Shown piece by piece: positions 1 to 13,452 of a stretch of 64,000 bases of DNA. Position 1 is the first letter of the stretch. Each line of letters starts with the position of its first letter. A program made the position numbers and the translations under genes. The DNA is taken from the NCBI RefSeq assembly GCF_009914755.1, contig NC_060939.1; one strand, given 5' to 3'. The notes below the pieces were generated by a model, which saw nothing but the letters and a program-made list of their open reading frames with translations, did not search any database and was not told where the DNA came from. This DNA comes from the human T2T-CHM13v2.0 reference genome, Homo sapiens.

Positions 1-655
1 AAGAAGGAACAAGGAATGAAAAACAGATGTAGGGGCTGGGCACGGTGACTCACACCTGTAACCTTAGCACTTTGGGAGGCCGAGGCAGGAGGATCACCTG
101 AGGTTGGGAGTTTGGGACCAGCCTGACCAACCTGGAGAAACCCCGTCTCTACTAAAAATACAAAAAAAATAAAAAAAAAAAAGGAAAGAAAAGAAAAACA
201 GATGTACAAGTAAAAAGCAAAAAATGCCAGACTAAACCCAACCACATAAAAAATTACATTAAATACATATAGACTAACAGTTCCTATTAAAAAGCAGAGA
301 TTGTCTAACTGGATTTAAAAAAACAAATCAAGAGTCACCTATGCTATCTTCAAGAGAAGAAGTTTAAATGTAAGATACAGATAGTTTTAAAGTAAGAAGA
401 TGTAAAAAAACATCTCATGCAAACTTGGTAGAAGAAAGCAGGTATGACAATACTAGTATCAGTTAAAATAAACTTCAAGATAAGCAGTGTTACCAAGAGG
501 AAGCTTTCATAATGATAAATGAGTCCATTCATCGGGAAGATATAATAATTCTAAATGAGTATGCACCTAATAATAGAGTCTCAAAACATATCAAACAAAA
601 ACTGATAGAACTAAAGAAAGTCAGAAACACCTCCACAACTCTAGCTGGAGAGCGT
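1..655 (+). mobile_element. Old L1M fragment (ORF2 endonuclease region), interrupted by an Alu
   Basis: ORF 512-769 begins MINESIHREDIIILNEYAPNNRVSKHIKQKLIELK, resembling the L1 endonuclease motif IHQEDITILNVYAPNN; A-rich + strand. Confidence 0.8.
33..192 (+). mobile_element. Alu left arm only (AluSp-like) with TSD
   Basis: Alu 5' arm ending in an A-rich tail; TSD gaaaaacagatgta at 18-31 and 193-206; ctgaccaacctggagaaacccc is Sp-like. Confidence 0.9.
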
Positions 656-667
656 AACAGCAAAGAT

Positions 668-1167
668 ATGATATTAGGCATGATTTTCCAGAGAAACAGA
701 ACCAATACAGAGAGAGACAGAGAGACAGAGAGAGAGAGATTCATTATGAGGATTGGCTCATGCAGTTAAGGAGGCTGAGAAGTCCTGTAATCAGCTGTCT
801 GCAAGCTGGAGTCCCAGGAAAGCCAATGGGGTAACGCCAGTCCAAACTCTAAGGCCACCAGGAAATTAATGTTGTAAGTCCAAGAACCAGGATCAGCTAT
901 GTACATTGGAGGAGAAGATGGCTATCCCAGCTCAAGCAGAAAGAGTGAATTCACCCTTCCTTTGCCTTTCTGTTCTATTCAGTCCCTCAATGGATTGAGT
1001 GGTGCTCACCTACCTTGGTGAGGATGAATCTTCTTTTCTCCCTCTACTGATTCAAATGCTATTATCTTTCAGAAACACCCTCACAGACACATCAAGCAAT
1101 AATGTTTAACCAACTATCTGGTCACCCCGTAGCCCAGTCAAGTGGACATATAAAATTCACCATCACA
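668..1167 (-). mobile_element. MLT2 (ERVL) solo LTR with internal (AG)n
   Basis: ttccagagaaacagaaccaata ... cccagtcaagtggacatataaaattcaccatcaca matches the MLT2 reverse complement; (AG)n at about 698-740. Confidence 0.8.
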
Positions 1168-2479
1168 GATATAGATTATCTGAATATAACCAGCACAGCA
1201 TCACTCCATTCAGGAAAGATGAAACCTCATCAACAGTGGACGGATGGGCTCTGAGCAGTCAGATTGGACACTGGCTATAGTGCTGGAGGAAAGTTTCAGA
1301 ATCCCTTGCTTTGTCAAGCATTACTGCTTTAGTGCCTGGACCATAAGGGAGGGATGAGATAGGCCAGGTGTGGGTGGCTTAGGGCAATGTGTGTATTTAC
1401 AACAGATAGGAAAGTATTTTAATATTTTAATAATCAATATTATCCCACAGGTATAGCATCAGAAAACTATCCCTGGCTCCTTTAATAAGAAGAATGCCAC
1501 AACCAGCTTTATCAAGAAGGTATCAGACTGTACATACCTTGAAAACAAGGTCTGGGATTGAGTTATCCATGTAGTTCTCACTAAGCTTAATACAGAATTT
1601 TCCCCGTAATAGAAATATCATAGAAACTAATTCAATGGAAGAAAGAATAAATAATTCCTTTATTTTTTCTTTGTTCAAGAGGCACCTTTCAGCAACATCT
1701 CCATCCACGTTTAAAAAGATGACATCCTTGCACTTGAATGCTTTCATCACAATAGTTAAAGCCAAAACTAAGCAAAACATATTGGGATGCTGGCACCTTC
1801 TGTTGAAAAAGTTGTATATAAAATTCTGCTGAAAAGCAGCATATGTTTTTGATAACTATAAAACACATCATATTTAAGAATCAAGAAGGAAGGTAAATGC
1901 TGAATATTAATGAACTTGAAGCCTTATTCAAACTAAAAGTTGGTCTTTGGTGTGATTTAATTCTTCCCCAAACATGGCAACCCCTTTCAGGGTCTCTTCT
2001 GCAGAAGCTGCAAGGGTGAAAAGTCAGCTTTTCTCCTTAGTGTCCCTGTATCCCGTCTGGAGCCCAGAGGCAAGGATGAAGATGCCAACATTTTGTTTTG
2101 AAAGTGGGGTGGGTTAAAAAAGAAGTAGGGTCGAATGTAGGGCAATGCAAAGCAGTATATTACTGACTGCCCACTGATTTCTTGAGAGCCACAGAGACAC
2201 AGGCTGGTGCTCAGCAGATGTGCTCACTTAGCATGTGGGACCTCTCTGCCAGGGAAACAAGGAGAAGCCACAGCTCAGGGTAGCCCATGAATGCAGGAAG
2301 GGAGGGGGTCCGTATCAGCTTGGTTTCCTACACTCTCCTGTCTCCTGTCTCCCATCGGTCAAGGTTTTCCAACTGTGCAACATTGCTGAGGTTCAGCATC
2401 TGACCCTCCAGTGGCCACTTGGGGATCCAGTCTCCATACCTTCAGGTGGTGGTGGTGTTTCATCCAAAGCTGAGTATGG

Positions 2480-2785
2480 TGCCCGGCACGGTGGCTCATG
2501 TCTGTAATCCCAGCACTTCGGGAGGCCTAGGTGGGCTGATCACCTGAGGTTGGGAGTTCGAGACCAGCCTGGCCAACATGATGAAACTCTGTCTCTACTA
2601 AAAATACAAAAATCACCCGGGCCTGGTGGCATGCATCTGTAATCCCAGCTACTCAGGAGGCTGAGACAGGAGAATCACTGGAACTGGGAGGCAGAGGTTG
2701 CAGTGAGTTGAGATCATGCCACCGCACTCCAGCCTGAGCAACAGAGCAAGACTCCGTCTCAAAAAAAAAACAAAACAAAAAAAAA
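2480..2785 (+). mobile_element. AluS (Sx-like), full length
   Basis: Two arms, A-rich linker, A-tail; degenerate TSD aaagctgagtatg / agagctgaggata. Confidence 0.95.
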
Positions 2786-3130
2786 CACAGAGCTGAGGAT
2801 AGAGAAGTGACAGATGATACAGGAAGGAGACTCTCAGAGAGATAGAGAAAGAAGGAAGCAGTCAAGGCAATCTGGGAACAGGCCCAGCTTCAGCCCCAGT
2901 ACGCCCCCGTGCTGCATGGTACAGGGAGATGCAGGCACAGCCAGCAACCTCCAGCATCAAAGAGCTCTGCCACCCTGCAAACCTGGTCCACATAGCAAGG
3001 TACTGCAGGCTCTTACTCCCACTGTAGTTTGCAGGTTACCATGTGGGTGGGAGGAGGAAATGGTAAAGGTTGTAGGCCAGGATGGAGTGCGGACAGAGGA
3101 AGAAGAAGAAACAGGTACCTGAGAGAACTA

Positions 3131-3180
3131 TTAGGTTGGTGCAAAAGTAATTGCGGTTTTTGCCATTATTTTAATGGCAA
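3131..3180. mobile_element. MADE1 mariner MITE, truncated
   Basis: ttaggttggtgcaaaagtaattgcggtttttgccatta is the MADE1 terminal inverted repeat; most of the second arm is missing. Confidence 0.9.
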
Positions 3181-3214
3181 TAGCTTCCTGGAAAGAGCTC
3201 AAAACTTACAATGA

Positions 3215-3330
3215 GATAAATCCCATTTCCACAGCTCATTAGTTGTGCAACTTTGAGCAAGTCATTTAACTTCTCCAAGTTAAGTTTCCCCACCTTAAAT
3301 GGGGATAATAACAATAGGTCTACAGAGATG
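3215..3330 (+). mobile_element. MIR
   Basis: Core gtgcaactttgagcaagtcatttaacttctc...aaatggggataataac. Confidence 0.8.
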
Positions 3331-5112
3331 TTATGCCAACATACCACTTGTCATAGCATGTGACTTAAGTCACTCAAGCAAACTTTAGTTCATGCATGCA
3401 CCGGAGAATGATATCAAAATTCAGTGGGCCTCACATTGCCCCATAAGTAACGTTCATTAGCAGATCATTGCCTAATCAACTGAAAGCATGAAAGCAAAGT
3501 CGCCACAGTCAGAAGATAGTGGCACGCCCTATAAACAACATAAAAACATATAGCTACAAGCATATACAGATATGTTCATAAATGCCTGGGGTACACCTCA
3601 CTACTACCTATGTTTTTCCCCTATAACACACATCAGCCTCTAAAGAGCTCAAAAACTCAGCTCAGGACAAGTTGCCTTTGTTTTCTTCCATTTTGCAAGG
3701 ACAAACCTGACAGAAATGTAGGACCCGCATAGATATTTAAACAGCCCATGTGACGGGGAAAGCTTTCAGCCCAGCTATGAAGGATCGACTTTGCAACAAC
3801 ATCCCCTACACAGATGAGCCTTTCAATTAGTACAGGAGCTTTGAGTCCTCAGACTCGGAGAAAAGACACGTCCAGGGCTCTGCCTGTGCCACCGGCCGTG
3901 CCGTGGGGGCATCCATCACCGTAAGTACCATAAGAAACACCACCTCTGATACCTCTTCATTGGGCTGCCGGCAAATGAGGCACTAGATTAGGCCTGACAT
4001 GGGCATAACACAAGCCGAGGTTTGCTGGGTGTAATTAATTGGAACTTCGCCAGCTTGACAAATTGGGATGATGAATCTATCTTGTATGAATAGGGAAAAA
4101 ATGCATAATCAGTCAAAGATTTAGTTAAGACAGCTTTTCTCTGACTCTCTGCCATAACCAAATCCATTAAGTCAAGGAAACATCACTTAAAAAAAGGCAA
4201 TGTCCTTCATATGCTCAATTTATAACTTTTTGTTCTTGAATTTACGGGAGAAGTCAACTCAGATTTGCTTGACTGGAAAGGGAAAGGAGGTTTCTCTTGG
4301 GAGTTTAAAAAATAATGTCTCCCGTGTCCTTTAGTTCACTTGGAAATATGTGTAAATAGACTTTGGGGGGATTTTATTATCAGTTCGTTAAGGTATTTTA
4401 ACACTGTTTGAACCAAACAAGCCACTTGGCCTCTGTGGAGATGGTTTTGGGCTCAATGAAAAAAGAACACAAAAAGTTTCCCATTGAATTTGTCCATCAC
4501 TGCTTGTTTTCTAAAACATCATTTATAGACCGTAAGAGATTCAGCAGAAGATGGGTAAGGACTGCTTTATTTTCTAACTGGCAGGGGAAGACCGTCTTAA
4601 TTTGTTCTACAATCAAGTTGGATCTACTTGTGAAATGATAAGTATCAATTACATGAATGTCCAGCTAATTTCACAAATGAAAAAAATCAAACAAGATTAA
4701 TCAGCCCTCACATTAAAAAATCTTTTTGAATTATTGACCAGATTGATAAGAGTTATGCCCTGGGCAAGAAGACATTGCATCCAAGAAGAAAGGAAGGGTC
4801 ACTTCACAAGTTTTCACTCACGACTTGCAGTTATTAATTAGTTCATAGTCCTTACAACTGTGGGATTTTTTTTTTAACTTATTTAATCTGTGCATCAATA
4901 ACATTGCTTACCGATTCTGCTAAATAATAAGGCAATTTTGTTTGCTTTATTGTGTGTTCTCATCCTTTGGAAAACAGAAGCTATCTGGAGCATTCATAAC
5001 CAAATGCTTTGCAAGCATTGATGGCAATGACAGTGGTCTATGTTTCAATGTGCACGCACTTCCTCTTCACTCAACTTTGCAAACTGCTAAAACAATGCTC
5101 AGATTAAAATTA

Positions 5113-5440
<328 letters not shown>

Positions 5441-6219
5441 CTCATATGCTGGGCACCCACCAATCCTCATCACCTGTCCATGTGTCTTGGAGCCCATTCA
5501 CAGAAAAGTGTTCTGCCATTGCCCAGGGAAGCATGGAGGAAAAGGAATCAAAGGAAAGAACGGCCCAGGCTGCACCTTAAGCAGAGAGGGGCCACAGGGC
5601 AGTTACAGAGAGTTTCTAAGTCTGTGGCTTTTTCTGCCTCTCTGCACCAATAAAAATGTCCTGTAAAAAAAGATATCTGTGAAACTCGTTAAATATCACT
5701 TTAGGAATTGACTCTGCCATCCTGTAATTTGAATCACACCTTAACTTCAAGTGGCAAAATGCTTTTCCTTGATAGCCATAAAAACTTTTAATGTCCAATG
5801 AAACTTTAAAAGTAGAAAGGGGAAAAAAGTGGAAGGTGCTCGATTTTCCTTTTGTGGGTGTTTTTTACAGTCTTTTTCAAAGGATTTAGAGACAGCCACA
5901 GGCATACACGCTGTTTTATGGGGTGCAGGAGAGGAGCGACCCCTTGGGAGACCACTGAAGTTGCAATTAACAAAGGGTACCATGTTTCGCTGGAGGCAAC
6001 AGAACTTATATTTATGAAGATGGTCGCTGAGCAAACTAGGAGGATTGTTAACCATACTTTTACTTCGTCTCATTTTCAAAATCTCCAGTTCTTTAAAATG
6101 TAATAATGTTGCTGAAGGGTTGCAATCTTTTGATTCTTCAATTATCTTTCCTCTGAAATTTTTGCCTACACTAGTTCCATCTCCTCAGCCATTATAGAAG
6201 AGGAAAAACTTACCCTGGA

Positions 6220-6420
6220 ATAGTGCTTTTCACTTCTAATCAACATATTATCATGCGTTATCTCATATAATCCTTTCCATCACCATGTAGCAAGAACTGA
6301 CTTTTTAAATGGGATCCAGAGAAGTTACAAGATACGCAGGTCGTTACAGCTGTCAGTATGTAGCTGGGATCCAGAGCCAAGGTTTTCAGATTCCAAATGT
6401 CATGGCCTTTTCATGACACT
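6220..6420 (-). mobile_element. MIR
   Basis: ttatctcatataatcct...cagagaagtta...gctgggatccagagccaagg. Confidence 0.65.
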
Positions 6421-6489
6421 ATAATGTGCTGCCTTATAATAATGATAATAATTTTACAGGTTTGCAGTTTTTTAGTTTAGTGATAAAAT

Positions 6490-6690
6490 AATACAAATAG
6501 CTCTGTGTGTGCCAGGTGCCATGCTTGGCATTATCTTGGTTAATCCCCACAACGTCTCTGTCAAGCAGGTCTGATTACCTCCCGTTTCAGACAGGACATT
6601 CACACTGGGAGAGGAAAAGCAACACGGCAGGACCTAGACCAAGTCTACCCAAGGTCAGAGTCTAGCCTCTTGACCAGCAGGCTATACCAG
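6490..6690 (-). mobile_element. MIR
   Basis: tgtgccaggtgccatgct...taatccccacaac...cccgtttcagacagg. Confidence 0.65.
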
Positions 6691-6900
6691 GTTCAGGTCA
6701 GAGATGGCAACACATTTCCACAGCACATTCTCCATGATCTTTTTACTTCCTATATTTTTGTCTACATACAAGCATCACTCTCTTGACTTTCCCCCAACCA
6801 GGGACAAAATCTGCCTGCTGGCCAAGTGCCGCATTCCTTAATCAGCTGCCCCAGTCCACGATCCAAGAGGTGCTGCCCTTCAGCCCAGGCTTCCACACCC

Positions 6901-6974
6901 TCGATGACTATTAACTGAATGTTTATTCGATGACTATTAACTGTTTACTCGATGACTATTAACTGAATGTTTAC
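6901..6974. repeat. Tandem repeat, 3 copies of a 22-26 bp unit
   Basis: tcgatgactattaactg(aatg)ttta units start at 6901, 6927 and 6949. Confidence 0.95.
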
Positions 6975-7110
6975 TGCATGCAGGGCACACAGTCGGTCCT
7001 GGGAGCACCCACAGGTCCAATCCTGCCCTCAGTGGGCTTGTAAAAAGTAAACACATCAACAATTAAATATCAGATTAAACCTGTGATGAGTTCTATGAAA
7101 GAAAAGAGCA
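6960..7110 (-). mobile_element. L2 3' fragment
   Basis: aatgtttactgcatgcagggcac...tcctgccctcagtgggctt...tgtgatgagttctatgaaagaaa. Confidence 0.55.
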
Positions 7111-7136
7111 GGGTAAACCAATAGAAAAGAAATGGC

Positions 7137-7470
7137 AGCCAGGCACAGTGGCTCATGCCTGTAATCCCAACACTTTGGGAGGCCAAGGCAGTCAGATCAC
7201 TTGAGGTCAGGAGTTCGAGGCCAACCTGGCCAATATGGTGAAACCCCGTTTCTACTAAAAATGCAAAAATTAGCCAGGCGTGGTGGTAGGCACCTATAAT
7301 CCCAGCTACTCAGGAGGCTGGGGCAGGAGAATCGCTTGAACCCAGGAGTCAGAGGTTGCAGTCAGCTGAGATTGCAACCACCGCACTCCAGCCTGGGCAT
7401 TACAGTGAGATTCCATCTCAAAAAAAAAAAAAGAGAAAGAAAGAAAGAAAAGAAAAAAGAAAAAAAAAAA
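7137..7470 (+). mobile_element. AluS (Sz-like), full length
   Basis: Dimeric Alu with A/(GAAA)n tail. Confidence 0.95.
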
Positions 7471-8779
7471 TAAATGTCCTGGGTAGGGAAACCAAGGCTG
7501 GAAGACCATGTCCCAAGACTAGCCCTCTTAGGAGAAGTTCCTGTTGTCCATGCCCTGGGCCAGGCTGAGAGAGGGAGACCATCTCTTGGAAGACTATGTT
7601 CCACGTACTACGAACACCACAAGAAAGTCTGTCTCCCCATGGCCACATGTGTCTAACTTTGACCATGAGCCCTGCTAGGCTGACTCTACACCTGGCCTGC
7701 CCATCACATGATGCCTGTCCCAGGCTGGAGTTGACTGTCTCCTGTCAGAGTCACAGACCCTGTGGCTCTCATACCCAGGCTGCATATCAATCTCCCATCA
7801 GCAGCCTACCCCTGTCTCCTCCCCGTGTCCTTCACACCCCACCCCAGGGAAGGCTCGCTGCTCTCCCGACAGGTGACAGCATCACTATTCTGCTCCAGTC
7901 AACAAATAAAATACCATCGACTTGGAGGTGGAGCATTTGGTTTTCAGGTATGGATCATGAAAGAGCCATGAGGCTGACAGCATGCTCCTGGGTCAGGAAG
8001 ACCTCAGGCCACATTTTCCGTGCAGGGAAGAGTGGCTTTGGAACTATTTCATTTTTTTATCTCCCACCCAGCTTCCCTATTTTGTCGCTGAAAGGCAAAT
8101 GTAACTATATCCAGAACTAGATGTCCTAACCAGACAGCAGGAAGCCAATGGGGAGGGCAGGCATACTGACTGACCCTTCGGAGTGGAACATATACTGGGG
8201 ACTCGGGCAGGGCACCAGAGGGAATCCAGAAGTCCCAAACAAGCCAGGTCTGTTATTGCATGGCTGACAGGCAACTTCGCCCCCCTCCAATCCCACAGAA
8301 ATACAGTGAAGATACTAGACACAGCAGCAGGCCAGGAGGCCTGATGGGCCTAAGATTTGCCCTCAGCCTGGAGAGGCCCAGGCCAGGGGATGGTGCAGAA
8401 CAAAGCAGATCACAGTCCCTGAGAGAGAGCAGAGGGAGGCATCCTGGTGTGACCTGAAGGCCATCAAGAGCTGATGCTTGGTGCCCTTGTGGAAGCTGTG
8501 ACTTTATGGGTAGACCAGCCTAGGACTGGGCTCCCGAAAATGATTAACCTTCAGGACTGGCTGTGCAACTGACACTGCAGGGTGGACATACGATGAATTC
8601 GATGTGAGGAGCCTGAGAGAAGGGGCCACCATCTCCGTCCCAGTTGCAATTCTCCTGAGGACACAAGTACTCAAACAAGGGAGACTTCTTAAGGCTCGGA
8701 GGGGTGGAGAGGAGATAGGTTGTAGGAGTCTCTTCTTGGACCCCATCAAATCACAAAGAGACGTGTAACTGAATGGGAA

Positions 8780-8870
8780 GTTCCTGGACTGGGACATGAG
8801 AAAGATGTGGGTGTGAATCCCTGTTCACCCACTTACTGGCTATGCATGCTAGGAAATCTCTGAGCCTTCC
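8780..8870 (+). mobile_element. MIR fragment
   Basis: tggactgggacatgagaaagatgtgggtgtgaatccc...acttactggctatg. Confidence 0.6.
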
Positions 8871-8879
8871 CACTCAGGC

Positions 8880-9272
8880 TGCCTTTGGGGCCCTCAGTTC
8901 TGGCAGCCTCTGGGTTATATCATCCTGCCTACACCCCTCTCTGGCATTGAACCCAGGCCGGACCCTGACTGAATCTAAGCTGATGGGCACCTGGGAATTT
9001 GGAACTGAGACTTCAGTCCATTAGCTGTAAGTGAATGAGCTTCTAGGTGATGTAGACAGGTTGCTAAGGCCAGCACTAGTTGGCAGCCTTGAGGGGCTGT
9101 GTGCGAGCAGTTGAATGAGAACATGTGCAGCAGGGAGCAAAGAGAGAAGAATTGCTTTTTCTAGGTCTAGTCCCTATGGGGCTGTAATTAAGTCCTAAGG
9201 GTTTTGTTTATATCTTATAAATTTTGTTTTTCATCAGAGCCTCTTTGATTGAGTTTCTGATGCTTGCCAATA
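8880..9272 (+). mobile_element. Degenerate ERVL/MaLR-type LTR
   Basis: Ends ttgagtttctgatgcttgccaa, typical of MLT1/LTR16/LTR33 3' ends; family uncertain. Confidence 0.4.
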
Positions 9273-9454
9273 TGTTGCTGTGGTTGAGATTCTCAACAAA
9301 GAGTAGCAATGATGACTCCAAGATGACTCCAGTGACAATGACAATGACTTCCATGACATCAAATGCTCTTGCGTAAGATCAGCACTACCCCCAGATAAAG
9401 CTACTGATAAATCACCGACCTAATCAAGATATCACTACAACAATAAGATAAACA

Positions 9455-9630
9455 CTAGGACCTTGCTATTCAAGATGTGGTCCTTGGACTGGCAACATCA
9501 GCTGCACCTGGAAACTTGTTACAAATGAAGAATTTCAAACCCCATCCTCAACTTAGTTCATCAATATCTGCATTTTTACAAGATCTCCAGGTGATTCATA
9601 TGCACATTAAGTTCAAGAAGCACTACTCTG
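9455..9630. mobile_element. MER5A-type hAT-Charlie MITE
   Basis: tgtggtccttggactggcaacatcagctgcacctggaaacttgttacaaatg...acaagatctccaggtgattcatatgcacattaagtt. Confidence 0.85.
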
Positions 9631-9976
9631 GTGATAATATCTGCCTGGCAAACAAAGGTGCCCATTAGTCTTCCTCCCGTCCACCAGGACTGGCTCAGCA
9701 GGTGTGGTTGGCTGAGCAGGTCTCCCGTTCGTCCCTCACAGCTTCGTGGATGCCCTCCTAAATCTGAATGCTTATGTAAGAGGACAGCCTCCCTGCCAAA
9801 TGTGGACCAGTCTTTTGTCAGGAAAAAAGCTGTCGTTCATTGGCTCAAGTGCCATTAGATTGGCTCCTTGGTCATGGATGAGTTGAATGGCTCCATTAAT
9901 TTATAGAATTTAATGTCTTTCAGATTATGAACCCTCAAAAGATTCTGTTCAGCACACCAAATAAAAATGTCTATTA

Positions 9977-10389
<413 letters not shown>

Positions 10390-11149
10390 TCATGCAGCTT
10401 TCATCTTCCAACAACCTTATTTTTAGTAAAATAAGGGCAACCACTGACTCTGGGGCTTTAATGACATGATAAAAAAAAATTTAAATGATGGATTTCAAAG
10501 TCAGAATGAGCATGTATAAGCTTACTTATTTATTCATTCATTCATTTGTCCATTCACTGGTTCATTCACTTTTGCCACTCAAACAGTTCTGACAGAATGC
10601 AGAAAGAGGTGAGAGGCTTTGAATCTACCTGCACGCATGAGGAGACAGGGATAGCCAAAGAGGTAACATTCTGGATCCATGATGATTCATGGTTCAACTT
10701 GCTAGGCTTCTTTTCAAGGGTTTAACTGATTTGAGGTGGATTAGAAAGTGAGAAATGAATTAAAGAGAAGAAGGAAGGTGTTATGGTCAGTCCAACGTGG
10801 CTGCCAATTCACGCCAGCTTGCATGATCCACATGTCTGTCACAACCTGAATTATGCCATCTGTAGAGGAGGAACAGCAGCCACCTGGTGAGCTCATTCTA
10901 CAGACTGGGGAACATGCCAAGTGTAGTCATTATTATCCCACAGAAGAAGACCTCTCATGACTGTTAGCACCCACCAGGAGGCTCCTAAAGATGGGTCAGG
11001 CACCCCACACTTGGCACCTTCCAGGGAAACTGGATTGCAGGTCAGGGACTAGACACCCACATGAGACAGTGTCACTCTGCTCTCCACAGACAGCTTCAGG
11101 GACCAGTGAAACATTCGTTGGGAAAGGCATAAAATGGTGACGTAATTAA

Positions 11150-11330
11150 GATCTCAGACTCTTGGATTTGAATTCTGGCCCCATTATGGTATTACCTGGA
11201 ATGAGATACTTAGCTTCTTTCAGACTCCATTCCTCATAAGGAAAAGTTAAGAGGACAATGCTGCTCATTCTCCAGAGCTGCTGTGAGGATTAAATGAGGT
11301 GATGATTGAGAATGTCTCACCACAGCGCCT
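11150..11330 (+). mobile_element. MIR
   Basis: tggatttgaattctggcccc...gctgtgaggattaaatgagg. Confidence 0.75.
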
Positions 11331-11384
11331 GAACAACTTCCGCACCACATCGTGTAAAGGACTGTCGTTCCCTGCGGGACCAAA

Positions 11385-11525
11385 CAAACGTGTTCAGATC
11401 CCAATTACGCACTAGCACCGTGACCATGAGCAAGTTGACTGACCGATAAGCTGCCTTATTTTGGAAAGGATTCAAAGCAGCTTGTGAAGTTACCTCGGTT
11501 TTCTCAGTGATAAAATGGGACTGTT
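11385..11525 (+). mobile_element. MIR fragment
   Basis: gtgaccatgagcaagtt...cctcggttttctcagtgataaaatggga. Confidence 0.55.
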
Positions 11526-11544
11526 TTGTATATTAGACAAGAAG

Positions 11545-12312
11545 ACATGCAGGAAAATCGTTGCTGACATGTTTCCTTTTACTCCCCAATCCATGCCCTG
11601 TTCTGCTCTGTTGCGCAGAAAGGCTGAGCCTCACAAACCACAGCCAGCTCTTTGGTTGGTTTTCCTTCAATGGGAGGCTGGCAGGAAATGGAGAATGGTA
11701 AGAAAGAAAGGCAGGAGAGGAGTAGTTCTTTTTTCTCTTGCCCTCCTTGCTTCATTCAGCACAGCATCCCTAGCACTGTCAGCATCCTCCCTTGATACAG
11801 CATTGTCAACTCCCCCACCCCTAATCAGCGTTCCGGCTCCCACCAGGCTCTATAATAGCTAAGATTTGCTTTTAAGATGTTGACCTCCCAATGGTCACAC
11901 TTTGGCTTTTTACTTCCATTTTATTTATCTAGGTTGAGAATGAGTTTTATGTTTCAAAATGTTGGTTTGGAGGGAAATGCTAATGGAATTCTTTTATAGA
12001 GAGACAATGACCCATATATAAGGAATATTTGTTTAATTACTAATTCAGTCATTGACTCAATTTAGGAAAATGAAGGCTTTTGGGGCCTCTGTCTTTCTTT
12101 TTTCTTTACCCCTTGTTTAGAGATGAAAGTATGTTATGCCATTTTCTGTCTCAGCCCCAAATGGCAACAGCTCCCCATTGTTGCTGGTCTCAGGATGCCT
12201 CAACATTCCTTGTCTGGTCCCTTAACACTCTCATTCCTCTGCAAGTAGTTCTTTCTTGGCAGTCTCTTCATGGAAACATCTAACCCAATCCTGTTTCCTG
12301 CCAGGATGCTGT
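11545..12312 (+). mobile_element. LTR33-like ERVL LTR, interrupted by an insertion of about 230-290 bp
   Basis: aaggctgagcctc...ttggttggtttccttcaatgggaggctggcaggaaatgg in the 5' half; gcaacagctccccattgttgct...tgtttcctgccagga in the 3' half. Confidence 0.65.
11864..12089 (+). repeat. Copy 1 of a 226 bp dispersed direct duplication
   Basis: Collinear with 13453-13678 from atttgcttttaagat to ttggggcctc. Confidence 0.95.
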
Positions 12313-12809
12313 ATGTTTCAAAATACAGGGCACAAAAGTGATGCTCAGTGATGCCCTCTATCTAGACTACCTGTCTAGACAACTGCCCCTTCTTTGGAAC
12401 TACTCTTCAACTCCTTTGAAAGGGACCAGCATACAAATCGAAAGAGAAAAAAATATGTAGTGGGCTCCACACAGCCACTAAAAAAAAATTTAGTGACTGT
12501 ATGGAACCCGCTAAATATTTTCTGGAGAATATGAGCTTAGAGGAACAGAGACTGAGTGGATGAATGAAGGTAGGGGTCCAACCTTGATAGGACACAGGAA
12601 GATAATTTGAGAGCAGTCCTACCATGTTGTTCAGTATTAGTAGCTCATATGCTTGGTGCTGCCTGGAGTGGAGACTCCTTCAGCTGGTTCCCAGAAACAA
12701 GTTATGGGTAACACAGGACAAAGAGGGACAGGGACAGAGGCTGCCACCAGGAAGACCACGTTGTCAGCGACGTGGCAGTGAGATAAAGTAATGGCACACT
12801 GCATTCAAA

Positions 12810-12950
12810 AAAGCTGAATTATAGTCCTGGTGCCAGGACAATCCATCCATTTAATTTTGGACCAGCCATGGAGCCTTGGATTCTTTATTTGCAAGATGAA
12901 GGGGTTATTTTATAGATTCATCTCAAGGCACTGTTCATCTCCAGTGTTAC
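12810..12950 (+). mobile_element. MIR3/MIRc fragment
   Basis: gagccttggattctttatttgcaagatgaagggg...atctcaaggcactgttcatctc. Confidence 0.55.
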
Positions 12951-13090
12951 CTTTTTTTAGGAGTTAGATTTCCCCTGGTCTTCCGGCTAGTTGAGACTTC
13001 ACCTCTGTGATGCACCAAATGCCTTCTTTTCATTTGCTTCCTGTTTCCACATCTACCCCCAGAAACTCCTTCTTTTAAAAGGTAGTTTGG

Positions 13091-13372
13091 GGCTGGACAC
13101 AGTGGCTCACACCTGTAATCCCAGCACTTTGGGAGGCCGAAGCGGACAGATCGCCTGAGCTCAGGAGTTCAAGACCACCCTGGGCAACATGATGAAACCC
13201 CATCTCTACTAAAATACAAAAAAACAGCTGGGCACCTGTTAGTCCCAGCTACTCAGCAGGCTGAGGCACAAGAGTCGCTAGAGCCCGGGAGGCGGAGCTT
13301 GCAGTGAGCTGAGATTGCGCCACTGCACTCCAGCCTGGGTCACAGAAGTAGACTCCATCTCAAAAAAAAAAA
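13091..13372 (+). mobile_element. Alu with a small internal deletion and clean TSD
   Basis: TSD aaaaggtagtttgg on both sides at a tttt/aaaa endonuclease site. Confidence 0.95.
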
Positions 13373-13452
13373 GGTAGTTTGGGGTTTAAAGTTGTTGACC
13401 TAATGCTGTGTCAGATGAAAGTATTTCTGCTAATGAATGTAACCAGAATAAA

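Noticed and set aside
3131-3180. miR-548-like hairpin from MADE1
   Set aside because: Most of the second inverted repeat is missing, so the long hairpin cannot form.
6901-6974. CRISPR-like array (also considered for 27468-27570)
   Set aside because: Head-to-tail repeats with no unique spacers, in primate DNA with no cas genes.
7596-8120. 174 aa ORF, the longest in the track
   Set aside because: No recognisable domain or exon context, and a GTG-type start; consistent with a chance ORF.
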